A program made the translations under genes and the position numbers. A model generated the notes under the pieces. It was not told where the DNA came from, searched no databases, and saw only the letters and a program-made list of their open reading frames with translations. Source: Ignavibacteriaceae bacterium (lineage in GTDB: Bacteria; Bacteroidota; Ignavibacteria; Ignavibacteriales; Ignavibacteriaceae). Taken from it: DNA of 64,000 nt. The stretch lies in contig JACZKK010000158.1 of assembly GCA_014860115.1 (NCBI GenBank), positions 5,176 to 69,175 on the forward strand, written 5' to 3'. Below, one piece after another: positions 28,520 through 36,907 of the stretch; positions within the stretch are counted from its first letter, which is position 1, and each line of letters opens with the position of its first letter.

Positions 28520-28550
28520 CGTTTTATTGGGTGTGGTATTGTTATTCAAC

Positions 28551-28910
28551 TTAGAATTCATTGAATTCTTCTATCTGCTGATTTATTTCATCAATCCTTG
28601 TTTGTGTTCTTTCCAATTGGTATGAATACACCGGCGGGGCATCAATACCAACCTTATACATTGTCGGTGCATACTCACCATTCTGGTCTAATGTCGCATA
28701 ATAGTACCATCCTTCGAAAGTCTCAACAAATCGGTAACCATCTTCAGTCTCCATCCAGTAAATAAATTCATCTCCCCATACTCTTCCTATGAAAGTAACA
28801 TCGTTTGGTTGTGTAAGTGTTATCATCCCTGTATCGAACGGTGCTGAATTTATATTACTTCCATTGAACAAAATAAAAACAACCAACAATATTTTTAACA
28901 AATTTTTCAT
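28551..28910 (-). CDS. small secreted hypothetical protein
   Basis: 119 aa. Signal peptide 'MKNLLKILLVVFILFNGSNINSA'. 12 nt downstream of the T9SS cargo gene. Confidence 0.5.
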   Translation of the reverse strand: MKNLLKILLVVFILFNGSNINSAPFDTGMITLTQPNDVTFIGRVWGDEFIYWMETEDGYRFVETFEGWYYYATLDQNGEYAPTMYKVGIDAPPVYSYQLERTQTRIDEINQQIEEFNEF

Positions 28911-28922
28911 TGTGACTCCCTT

Positions 28923-30818
28923 TCACTTAATAATTGTTAATTTTTTAATTTGTCTTGTAGACGTCGCTTCAAGACTATAAAAATAATTTCCTGATGGTAG
29001 TTTATCTGACGATAAGCTTATCTGATATTCTCCCTCTTTTTGTTCTCCCTCAAAAAGTGTCAGTATTTTTTCGCCAAGAATATTATATAGGGTTATCCTC
29101 ACCTTTTCATCTTTTGGTACCTGATATTTTATTATTGTGGATGAATTAAATGGGTTAGAGTAATTTTGATAAAGCAAAAATTCTTTAGGGCTCAAGTCAA
29201 ATTCAACTATAATTTCATTTGAATATTCGAATGTTCCATCAAAATCAATTTGCCTAAGACGGTATTTGTAAATCCCAGTTGTTATTTCCTTATCAGTGAA
29301 TGAATACGATTTAGGTTCCGTTGTCGTTCCATATCCAGAAACAAAGCCAATCTTCTTCCAATCTTGTAATAGTTCTGTTTTGGAATTTTGTAATCTTTCA
29401 ATCTCAAATCCATAATTATTTAATTCAGTTGCTGTAACCCACCTGAGAATTACCCTATTTTCTTCTACAGACCCGGTAAATAAAACGAGCTCTACTGGTA
29501 CAGGCAAGACTTCACCCAAATTCCCACATCTGCTCACCTGTTGAGCAACTATTGTAAATTCATTTATGGTACCACTGGTTATAAAACCACCTTGACCATC
29601 GGTGGTATTTTGATAAGCTATCGCAGGATAAGAAACAACAATGCCATTTTCATCCCACAATTTATTTCCAAGGGTATCATATAGTTGAGCAAAAGTAGTG
29701 GATGATATTGTTGCATCATTCCATACGAAAATTGTTCTACCAGAATCTGATGGAATAATATAGGGTCTACCTATTGGTGTACTATTACTGATTTGGACGC
29801 TGCCTTGTGTGAACAATTTACTTCCGTCCCGTCTTAGCGTCTGGAATTGAGTCACTCGCGTAATCCCATCTTTTGTTCCACTCCATCCATAATAATAATA
29901 TCCATAATTATACTGGATATTAAATCTTGCATTTAAATAATAAAGACTATCTGCAACTTCAACATAAGGTTCCTGCCATAGATTATTCCCAAGTGAGTCT
30001 TTTCTTTGTGCCACAAGCTTTGGTATAATTCCTGTCCATACTATACCGCTTAATACTACTCCTCCTTCCTGGTCAGCTACAGGTTGACCTAGTGTCGTGC
30101 TACTATACTGGTTTAATATCTGCCCGTTTTGATTTATACGGTAAATGGTGCTGGTCTGAATATAGTAATTTCCATCACTCGCCCTGACTATTTTTGCAGG
30201 ATCAGAGTCAACAGTATTTTCGAGAAATATTCCAGTATCGCCCCATTCTCTTTCACCAAGATTGTTAATCCTGTTTGCTCTGATATCGTAAGTGTTAGTT
30301 GGTAGTGATTCATGTAATTCATGCCAAACAACAACACATCCTCCGTTTCCATCTGTGCACAAATTCTGTCCCCCCTGAGGATAAATTTCGCTTAATGTTA
30401 CTCTGACTCCTGTCTGATTCCAAAGGAAGGTCCCATTGCTATCTACTCTCTGAACTTTTACTCTCTGTGTCCAATCAGGAAGATTCTCAAGCCGATCAAT
30501 GTAACTTACTACTACTCCGCCTTCTCCATCTTCAACTATTTCTGCCTGCCTTTGATCCGGCAGTTCACCAAGTATTCTTTTCAATGTTCCCCAAGGTTTG
30601 TAACCGTAATTGTCTAATCTTTCGACTCCAAGCCAGCGTGGATAGGATGTACTATTGTAATCATAGGTAATATAACAACCACCCCCACTATCACTGCAAA
30701 TGTGCGGATCTAACCCGTATCCAACAATTAGATTATTATTGGGATCGTTGGACCATTGGGAAAATAAGTTAATGCTGCAGGCTATTATAAATGGAAAGAC
30801 TAATCTGTTTTTTTTCAT
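28923..30818 (-). CDS. secreted protein with T9SS C-terminal sorting domain
   Basis: 631 aa. Signal peptide. C-terminus 'LYQNYSNPFNSSTIIKYQVPKDEKVRITLYNILGEKILTLF...LPSGNYFYSLEA...KKLTIIK' is a classic Por_Secre_tail pattern. Confidence 0.8.
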   Translation of the reverse strand: MKKNRLVFPFIIACSINLFSQWSNDPNNNLIVGYGLDPHICSDSGGGCYITYDYNSTSYPRWLGVERLDNYGYKPWGTLKRILGELPDQRQAEIVEDGEGGVVVSYIDRLENLPDWTQRVKVQRVDSNGTFLWNQTGVRVTLSEIYPQGGQNLCTDGNGGCVVVWHELHESLPTNTYDIRANRINNLGEREWGDTGIFLENTVDSDPAKIVRASDGNYYIQTSTIYRINQNGQILNQYSSTTLGQPVADQEGGVVLSGIVWTGIIPKLVAQRKDSLGNNLWQEPYVEVADSLYYLNARFNIQYNYGYYYYGWSGTKDGITRVTQFQTLRRDGSKLFTQGSVQISNSTPIGRPYIIPSDSGRTIFVWNDATISSTTFAQLYDTLGNKLWDENGIVVSYPAIAYQNTTDGQGGFITSGTINEFTIVAQQVSRCGNLGEVLPVPVELVLFTGSVEENRVILRWVTATELNNYGFEIERLQNSKTELLQDWKKIGFVSGYGTTTEPKSYSFTDKEITTGIYKYRLRQIDFDGTFEYSNEIIVEFDLSPKEFLLYQNYSNPFNSSTIIKYQVPKDEKVRITLYNILGEKILTLFEGEQKEGEYQISLSSDKLPSGNYFYSLEATSTRQIKKLTIIK

Positions 30819-30989
30819 TTGTAGTCTCCTATTGTTAACCGGAAACTGTTTTACAAAATTTTTCTTTATTTACTACAAACAATTTAGCAGAATAATTTAA
30901 TTAGTCAAGTTACCAGATTGTTAATCTTAGTTGCTCATCACCAAATAAAATGGTGTTTGCTTCTATTAATAAACGGTTTACCACAGGTT

Positions 30990-31025
30990 GAGAAAAAGAA
31001 AAAAGCCCCGAGTATATCGAGGCTT
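30990..31025 (-). terminator. rho-independent terminator for 31048..32286
   Basis: aagccccga (31003-31011) pairs with tcgaggctt (31017-31025), one mismatch. On the minus strand it is followed by TTTTTTCTTTTTC. Confidence 0.65.
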
Positions 31026-31047
31026 TGTTACAATTAATTTATTTCAT

Positions 31048-32286
31048 TTACTCACTAACATTGCTTGCAGGTTTTTTCCTTTTAATAAAAAAGAATGCGG
31101 CACCGGCAATTACAACCAAAGCAATAATTAAATAAATCCACCAGTAAGATGGATAGAGTGCACTCTTCCATTCTGCTATTTTACTTTCCATCTTGTTCTT
31201 GTTTTCATCGGTAAGCATTTTGTTTTCAATTAAGTAGTTCATCCAAACCGGTTGTATTGATGCAAACCAGGTGCTGTCAGCAAATTGTGCGTAAGTTCTC
31301 TTTGACTCTTCGTCGCTCTTTACCCCAAGATTCTTCAACTCATCACCAATAAACATATCAACTGAGTTTGTGAACTCCTCACCGTTTTTGAAGCCCATCA
31401 ATTCAATTCCGCTTAATGAGAATTCATCAATGATTGATTCCCATGCTTCCTGTTTTACCACAGTTGACCATTCATTAAACAACTCATCTATCTGTTTCAG
31501 TTCTTCTGTTTTATTTCCGTCTTCAGCATAAACCTCAACCAGCCTTACGCCAACTTTCCGCCATTTAGTGACAAAATCTTTTTGCTGCTCACGAATTGAT
31601 TCAAGATCTTTTGGTTTAAGTGATGTTGCCTGAATGAACCTGATGTTATCCCTGATTGTGGTTTTAACATTGCTTAATACGTTATCTTTTTTCTCTTCAG
31701 ATGCGACCATGTTTTTATCTTCTACTGTCAGAGCTTCCTTGTCTCTCATAGTCGGCGGCATAAGACTGTCTATCATACTCAGCACAAGATCATCTCTTTT
31801 TCTGATTGATGAGCGAAGTTCTGCAACAAGGTTTTCAAGCTTTTTTATTGTCTTCGCATCTTTTTGTCTCTGGTCTTCAAGCTTCTGAACCTGCACTAAC
31901 AACTCATTATTTCTTTGGTTCAGGAATTCAACCTGCTGTTTCAATTCGCCTACTTCAGTTTGAAGAACATCAATCGTTGAAAAATCTCCCTGTCGCAAAA
32001 GATATGCTTTGTTCAATTTTTCTATTGATTCATCATATTTATCCGGATAGAGACTTTTATTGAGAAGCTCTTTATGTTGTGCGTAGTCTTGCTTCAAAAT
32101 AGTTATTTCATCAAGGACTAAATTAAGCTCCTGGAGAGTGGTTGCATCTTTTATGCTATTTTCAATTGATGTGTACTCAGCTTTGAACTTATCAACAATC
32201 TCTCTATCTGATTGAGCATTTGAAATGCTTATCAAACCAGCCAATAAAAAGAAAACGGAAATGGTATTGAAATATTTCTTGATCAC
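31048..32286 (-). CDS. coiled-coil protein with N-terminal signal peptide and C-terminal TM anchor
   Basis: 412 aa, GTG start. 'FFLLAGLISISNAQ' signal. Long heptad-like Glu/Lys/Leu-rich stretches. C-terminus 'YWWIYLIIALVVIAGAAFFFIKRKKPASNVSE'. Confidence 0.6.
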   Translation of the reverse strand: MIKKYFNTISVFFLLAGLISISNAQSDREIVDKFKAEYTSIENSIKDATTLQELNLVLDEITILKQDYAQHKELLNKSLYPDKYDESIEKLNKAYLLRQGDFSTIDVLQTEVGELKQQVEFLNQRNNELLVQVQKLEDQRQKDAKTIKKLENLVAELRSSIRKRDDLVLSMIDSLMPPTMRDKEALTVEDKNMVASEEKKDNVLSNVKTTIRDNIRFIQATSLKPKDLESIREQQKDFVTKWRKVGVRLVEVYAEDGNKTEELKQIDELFNEWSTVVKQEAWESIIDEFSLSGIELMGFKNGEEFTNSVDMFIGDELKNLGVKSDEESKRTYAQFADSTWFASIQPVWMNYLIENKMLTDENKNKMESKIAEWKSALYPSYWWIYLIIALVVIAGAAFFFIKRKKPASNVSE

Positions 32287-32735
32287 TTTGAACCTCCTTG
32301 AATCCCTTTGTGAGTAAGATTCATTTTATAAGTGCCATCAACCAATTCAATGAAAGGGTCCCTCTGATTGAAAGCTGGAGTTTGCAAACCAAACTCTGAG
32401 ATAAATATTTTATTTTCCTGAACCAACTTTCCTTCATCAACTTTAAATACATAAATGTTTTTAAAGTTATTGGATGTTAAGAAATAAAATCCCTGGTTGT
32501 CTCTAATCATTCTTACTTCTTTACCTTTATAAGAAAGTGAATCCTGGAACTCTTCAAAAAATAGTCCAACTGTGTTGACTTCTATTGAGTACCTGTCTTC
32601 TGCTACCTTTCCGTTATCATCAACGGGCAGCACGGATTCAATTGGCCAGGAAAAGTTTGCAGGCTGCAGTGTTAACACCGAGCAAGCTGCAGTAATTAAA
32701 ATCAGAAATGAAAATAGAATTAATAATCGCTTCAT
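32283..32735 (-). CDS. hypothetical lipoprotein, translationally coupled to 31048..32286
   Basis: ATG 32735 (SD 'GGGAGA') gives 'MKRLLILFSFLILITAACS'. Its TGA stop overlaps the downstream GTG start (GTGA, 32283-32286). Confidence 0.55.
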   Translation of the reverse strand: MKRLLILFSFLILITAACSVLTLQPANFSWPIESVLPVDDNGKVAEDRYSIEVNTVGLFFEEFQDSLSYKGKEVRMIRDNQGFYFLTSNNFKNIYVFKVDEGKLVQENKIFISEFGLQTPAFNQRDPFIELVDGTYKMNLTHKGIQGGSK

Positions 32736-32841
32736 ACATTCTCCCAAAAATATTAATTGACGAAAAAGTTTTTTAGTGGCTGAGAAAAAATAAGAAGAAT
32801 TGTGCTTGAATCAACAACCAGAGAAAATGCCTTAAGAATTT

Positions 32842-32871
32842 CAAATAAAAAAGCCGCAACAATGTGCGGCT
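32842..32871 (-). terminator. rho-independent terminator for the third RRM gene
   Basis: agccgca (32852-32858) pairs with tgcggct (32865-32871), 6-nt loop. The minus strand continues TTTTTATTT. Confidence 0.7.
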
Positions 32872-32897
32872 AAATAAAAATTAATTATTGTGTGTTA

Positions 32898-33221
32898 TTA
32901 TCGTCTTCCGCCTCTACCACCGCCGCCGCGACCGCCGCCGCCAGCACCTCTTCCACCACCGCCGCCGCCTTTTCTATCACGTGGAGGACGTGCTTCATTA
33001 ACTACAAGCTTTTTACCTTTTAACTCAAAAGTATTAAGAGTTTCGATAGCTTTCATAGCCTCTGCCTGTCCAGGCATTTCAACAAAACCAAAACCTCTTG
33101 GTTCCTGTGTAAACATATCGCGTATTACCTTCACGCTGCTTACCTTCCCGTGCTGGGAAAAAAGTTCAGTAAGATCTTCTTCTTTTACTTCGGAGGACAG
33201 ATTGCCGACGTAAATGTTCAT
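32898..33221 (-). CDS. RRM-type RNA-binding protein with long RGG/Gly-rich tail (third paralog)
   Basis: 107 aa. RNP-2 'IYVGNL', RNP-1 'RGFGFVEM', tail 'RDRKGGGGGGRGAGGGGRGGGGRGGRR'. SD 'AAGGAG'. Confidence 0.9.
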   Translation of the reverse strand: MNIYVGNLSSEVKEEDLTELFSQHGKVSSVKVIRDMFTQEPRGFGFVEMPGQAEAMKAIETLNTFELKGKKLVVNEARPPRDRKGGGGGGRGAGGGGRGGGGRGGRR

Positions 33222-33233
33222 TTTAAACTCCTT

Positions 33234-33275
33234 AAAAAAATAAAAAAAATTCAGGCTATTTTACTCAGCAGCCTG
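33234..33275 (-). promoter_or_regulatory. terminator-like hairpin plus U-tracts inside the leader of the RRM gene (candidate attenuator)
   Basis: The minus strand reads CAGGCU-12 nt-AGCCUG (33275-33252), then AA-U8-A-U7, then AAGGAG-UUUAAA-AUG. There is no room for a promoter between the hairpin and the SD. Confidence 0.4.
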
Positions 33276-33411
33276 CTACTAGTCTTTGTAAAAAGTAGAT
33301 AGAGCGGGAATAATGGAAGTGCTTTATCTTTCTTTTATGCGGACGCTCAAAATTAGAATAAATAAAGGGTTTTTACAAATCCACAAATTATCTATGAAAA
33401 TATTTCGAGCA

Positions 33412-34668
33412 TCAGGATTTTGCCTGAAAATCTTCAGTATATTTTACTATTAATCTGATTCCCGGACGATTCGTTATATAATGCCATATCCATTCGGACA
33501 TCACCCTGAGCTTGTTTCTGAAACTGATTAGAAACAGAACATGAATTAATGACCACGCTAACCAGGCAATTAATCCGCTCAGCTTAAATCCTTTTATAAC
33601 AGCAACAGCTTTTGCCTTGCCAATTGTAGCCATTGTTCCCCTGTCCTTGTATATAAATTTTTTATGCGGCTTCCCTATCAAACCTTCAGTAATAAGTTTA
33701 GCAACAAACCGACCTTGCTGAATTGCAACTGGAGCAATAGCAGGAAGATTTTCACCTTTTTTATTCTTGAAAGCAGCAGCATCACCAATAACAAAAATGT
33801 TGTTATCCTCATTAATGCTTAAGTTATCATTAACAATTACTCTGCCTAATCTATCTGTTTCAGTCCCGAGAGTTTTTATTAGCGGCAAAGTTTGATTTCC
33901 TGCAGCCCAAAGTATATTTTTTGTTTCGATAAACCTGTTACCAACTTTAACTCCATTTTCATTTATATCGGTTACTTTTTCATTTAGAATTACTTCAACT
34001 TGAAGATTTTTTAAATCTTCCAGAGCCCGATTTGAAAGACTTTCAGGATATGATGAAAGAATATTCGGTAAAGCTTCAATCATATAAACTTTTGTCATCG
34101 AAGCATCAATATTTCTAAAGTCAGTAATAAGATTTTGATTAACGATTTCAGAAATAGCGCCTGCAAGCTCAACTCCTGTGGGACCGCCGCCAATGATTAC
34201 AAAGTTCAGATATTTTTGCCTCCTGACTGAATCCTTTTCTTTTTCTGCTGTCTCCAACGAAAGCAAAATATTTTCTCTGATCTTTAAAGCATCATTTAAA
34301 GTTTTCAATCCCGGCGCATACTTTTCCCATTCATCTTTCCCGAAATAAGAATGCCTTGAACCAGTAGCTACTATCAGATAATCAAATTCAATTTCTGAGC
34401 CGTTGAAATAAACTTTTTTATTTTCTTTGTTAATAGATTGCACTTCACCGAGCAGTATTTCAACATTTTTATTCTTGCTGAAGATAGATCTAATCGGTAT
34501 TGCAATATCGGCTGGGGAGAGTGCTGCTGTTGCAACCTGGTAAAGTAATGGCTGGAAGAGATGATGATTTGTTTTATCAATTACGGTAATATTAAAATCT
34601 TTCTTTGCCAGCTCTTTTGCTGCGGTTAGTCCGCCGAAACCTCCGCCTATTATAACTACTTTTTTCAT
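33412..34668 (-). CDS. ndh: type II NADH dehydrogenase (NDH-2)
   Basis: 418 aa. 'VVIIGGGFGGLTAA' and 'FVIIGGGPTGVELAG' dinucleotide folds. 'FVIGDAA'. C-terminal amphipathic/hydrophobic segment. Confidence 0.9.
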   Translation of the reverse strand: MKKVVIIGGGFGGLTAAKELAKKDFNITVIDKTNHHLFQPLLYQVATAALSPADIAIPIRSIFSKNKNVEILLGEVQSINKENKKVYFNGSEIEFDYLIVATGSRHSYFGKDEWEKYAPGLKTLNDALKIRENILLSLETAEKEKDSVRRQKYLNFVIIGGGPTGVELAGAISEIVNQNLITDFRNIDASMTKVYMIEALPNILSSYPESLSNRALEDLKNLQVEVILNEKVTDINENGVKVGNRFIETKNILWAAGNQTLPLIKTLGTETDRLGRVIVNDNLSINEDNNIFVIGDAAAFKNKKGENLPAIAPVAIQQGRFVAKLITEGLIGKPHKKFIYKDRGTMATIGKAKAVAVIKGFKLSGLIAWLAWSLIHVLFLISFRNKLRVMSEWIWHYITNRPGIRLIVKYTEDFQAKS

Positions 34669-34734
34669 TTTACTTTTTCTAAATATTTCGATTACAATTT
34701 ATTGAATAACTTAATGTTCTTTGATGAGAGCCAT

Positions 34735-34767
34735 CACATAAAAAAAGCCGTCCACAAAGAACGGCTT
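34735..34767 (-). terminator. rho-independent terminator for folE
   Basis: aagccgt (34745-34751) pairs with acggctt (34761-34767), 9-nt loop. The minus strand continues TTTTTTT. Confidence 0.7.
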
Positions 34768-34792
34768 AAACTAATTTTATAAATTAATTCCG

Positions 34793-35467
34793 TCACTTTG
34801 AATATACATGCTTCAACAATTCTGATCTTACTGCTTCATTCAAAAACTTTCCGTTAAAGCTTGATGTAACTGTTGAACTGTTCACATCATTAACTCCACG
34901 TGATGCTACACACATATGATTTGCATCAATGATAACTGCAACGTCCTCTGTGCCAAGAGTTTCCTTCAACTCATTTGCAATTTGTATTGTTAGTCTTTCC
35001 TGAACCTGCGGTCTCTTTGCATAATATTGAGCGATGCGATTTAACTTTGACAAACCAATTACGTGTCCGTTCGGAAAATAAGCAATATGTGCTTTCCCAT
35101 AGATTGGAACAAAGTGATGCTCACAATAAGAGTAAATCGTGATATCTTTTTCAACCAGCATCTCCTTAAACTTAAAATTATTTGTGAAGGCTGTAGCCTT
35201 TGGTTTGTTGTCCGGATTCAATCCGCTGAAGACTTCTTTCACATACATCTTAGCCACTCTTCTTGGTGTATCTTTAAGGCTCTCATCATTTAAGTCGAGC
35301 CCAAGCACATGCATTATTTCCCTAAAATTTTTTTCAATCAATTCTATTTTCAGATCATCATCTATCTTAAATGCCTCAGCATGCAGCGGAGTTTCAATAG
35401 AAGTCAATTGATGGTTATCACCAACTTCATCATCTTCAAGAGTTTGTAATTGCCTGCTATTTTCCAT
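34793..35467 (-). CDS. folE: GTP cyclohydrolase I (FolE type I)
   Basis: 224 aa. 'YSYCEHHFVPIYGKAHIAY' Zn/active-site motif. 'RPQVQERLT' and 'HMCVASRGV' motifs. Confidence 0.9.
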   Translation of the reverse strand: MENSRQLQTLEDDEVGDNHQLTSIETPLHAEAFKIDDDLKIELIEKNFREIMHVLGLDLNDESLKDTPRRVAKMYVKEVFSGLNPDNKPKATAFTNNFKFKEMLVEKDITIYSYCEHHFVPIYGKAHIAYFPNGHVIGLSKLNRIAQYYAKRPQVQERLTIQIANELKETLGTEDVAVIIDANHMCVASRGVNDVNSSTVTSSFNGKFLNEAVRSELLKHVYSK

Positions 35468-35564
35468 TTTAATTTCCTTTGTTAGATATTCTAATCTTGT
35501 AACAGAGACATTCTGATATTAGTTCAAATAATAAAATCTTCTATTAAAATGATTAGAAATGAGC

Positions 35565-36131
35565 TTAATATAGCCCAATCCATTCAATTTCTATCTTGAA
35601 TGGGCCTTGCTGCTTATCACTGATGAGAATTGATAATTGCTTGATGCTTGATTTATCCGGTAATTCTGAATTGGTGACTTCCCTGCCGTAATATTTCAAT
35701 TTAAAATTATTGAAGGGAAGTTTAATCGTTTGCCATTTGTCTTTTTCTGTTTGAAAACGCTGGGTAAAATTAAATCCCGTGAAATATTTTGTCTGCCTGA
35801 ACGAGAGACTAAAAGTTTTTCCATCACCTTTTACTTTAATCAGAATTCTATCATAAGCAGACAAATTATAATCATCGATCGGACTTCTCAGAGAAGCAAA
35901 CCCACCATTATTATCAAGTGAAACATTACCGGAAAAAACCAGGACATCATTTTCTCCAGTGGAAATTTTTGAGGATGAAACGCCGCCCATTACATCGTCA
36001 TTCGTTACACCCCATTGGGATCTCACATTTTTATCTGTAAAATCAGCAATTTTTGATTTCATATTTATTTCTTCTGACTGAGGCATAATCATTAAATAAT
36101 TTATTAGAACTAAAAATACTTTAACTGTCAT
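35565..36131 (-). CDS. CIA30-family (complex I intermediate-associated protein 30-like) protein
   Basis: 188 aa. 'WGVTNDDVMGGVSSS...FSGNVSLDNNGGFASLRS' matches the CIA30 domain as I recall it. The ATG overlaps the SDR stop (ATGA). The true start may be an internal Met at 36062. Confidence 0.65.
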   Translation of the reverse strand: MTVKVFLVLINYLMIMPQSEEINMKSKIADFTDKNVRSQWGVTNDDVMGGVSSSKISTGENDVLVFSGNVSLDNNGGFASLRSPIDDYNLSAYDRILIKVKGDGKTFSLSFRQTKYFTGFNFTQRFQTEKDKWQTIKLPFNNFKLKYYGREVTNSELPDKSSIKQLSILISDKQQGPFKIEIEWIGLY

Positions 36132-36832
36132 AACAATCTAAGCGAAGACATTCCGCCGTCAATGTGAAAAATTTGTCCTGTTACCCAGCCTGATTTATCA
36201 GAGAGAAGATAATGTGCAGCATTTGCAATTTCTTCTGCATTACCAATCGAGTTCAGCGGATGTCTTTTTGCTGAAGCTTCTTTCTTTTCAAAATTGCTTA
36301 AAAGCTTGCTTGCCAAAGGAGTGTCAGTCAATGAGGGAGCGATTGCATTCACTCTGATCTTTGGTGCAAACTCTGCTGCAAGTGAGCGAGTTAATCCCTC
36401 AACAGCACCTTTTGCCGTTGCAATTGATGCGTGATACGGCATTCCTGTTTGTACTGCAACTGTGCTAAATAAAACTATAGAAGACTTTTCTGCTTTTTTA
36501 AGATTTGTCAGATACTGATTGATTACTTTTACTGCACCAAGTGCATTGATCATAAAATCATCGATGTAATCTTTCTCTTTGAGGCTTTTGAAGGGCTTTA
36601 AATTAATTGAACCGGGACAATATGCAAGCCCGTCAAATTCATTTTCAAATGAAGGAATATTCTGCTGCTGATCCAGTGCATCAAACTTATAGTAGCTGAT
36701 TTTATCACTAATCTCAAGCTGATTCTGATTTCTGCTTAATACAATTACTTTATTTCCTTCGGCAACAAGTTTATTTGTAAGAGCTAATCCAATTCCTGAG
36801 CTTCCGCCAACTATTAAATATTTTTTTGACAT
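36128..36832 (-). CDS. SDR-family oxidoreductase (non-canonical active-site spacing)
   Basis: 234 aa. Cofactor motif 'IVGGSSGIGLAL'. 'IRVNAIAPSLTDTP'. The expected YxxxK reads 'YHASIATAK', with Tyr 8 rather than 4 residues before Lys. Confidence 0.85.
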   Translation of the reverse strand: MSKKYLIVGGSSGIGLALTNKLVAEGNKVIVLSRNQNQLEISDKISYYKFDALDQQQNIPSFENEFDGLAYCPGSINLKPFKSLKEKDYIDDFMINALGAVKVINQYLTNLKKAEKSSIVLFSTVAVQTGMPYHASIATAKGAVEGLTRSLAAEFAPKIRVNAIAPSLTDTPLASKLLSNFEKKEASAKRHPLNSIGNAEEIANAAHYLLSDKSGWVTGQIFHIDGGMSSLRLL

Positions 36833-36907
36833 TTTAACGAACTAATTTCTTTAAGTGATTCAATAATTAAACAACCACTTTCGGGAAATAGTTCATTAAT
36901 ATAATAC

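Noticed and set aside
32890-33213. A 107-aa proline-rich ORF (PPPPRPPPPAPLPPPPPP...) on the plus strand.
   Set aside because: It is the exact antisense of the RRM gene. The Pro run is the complement of the GGN-rich RGG tail, and the RRM frame has clear RNP motifs, an SD and a terminator.
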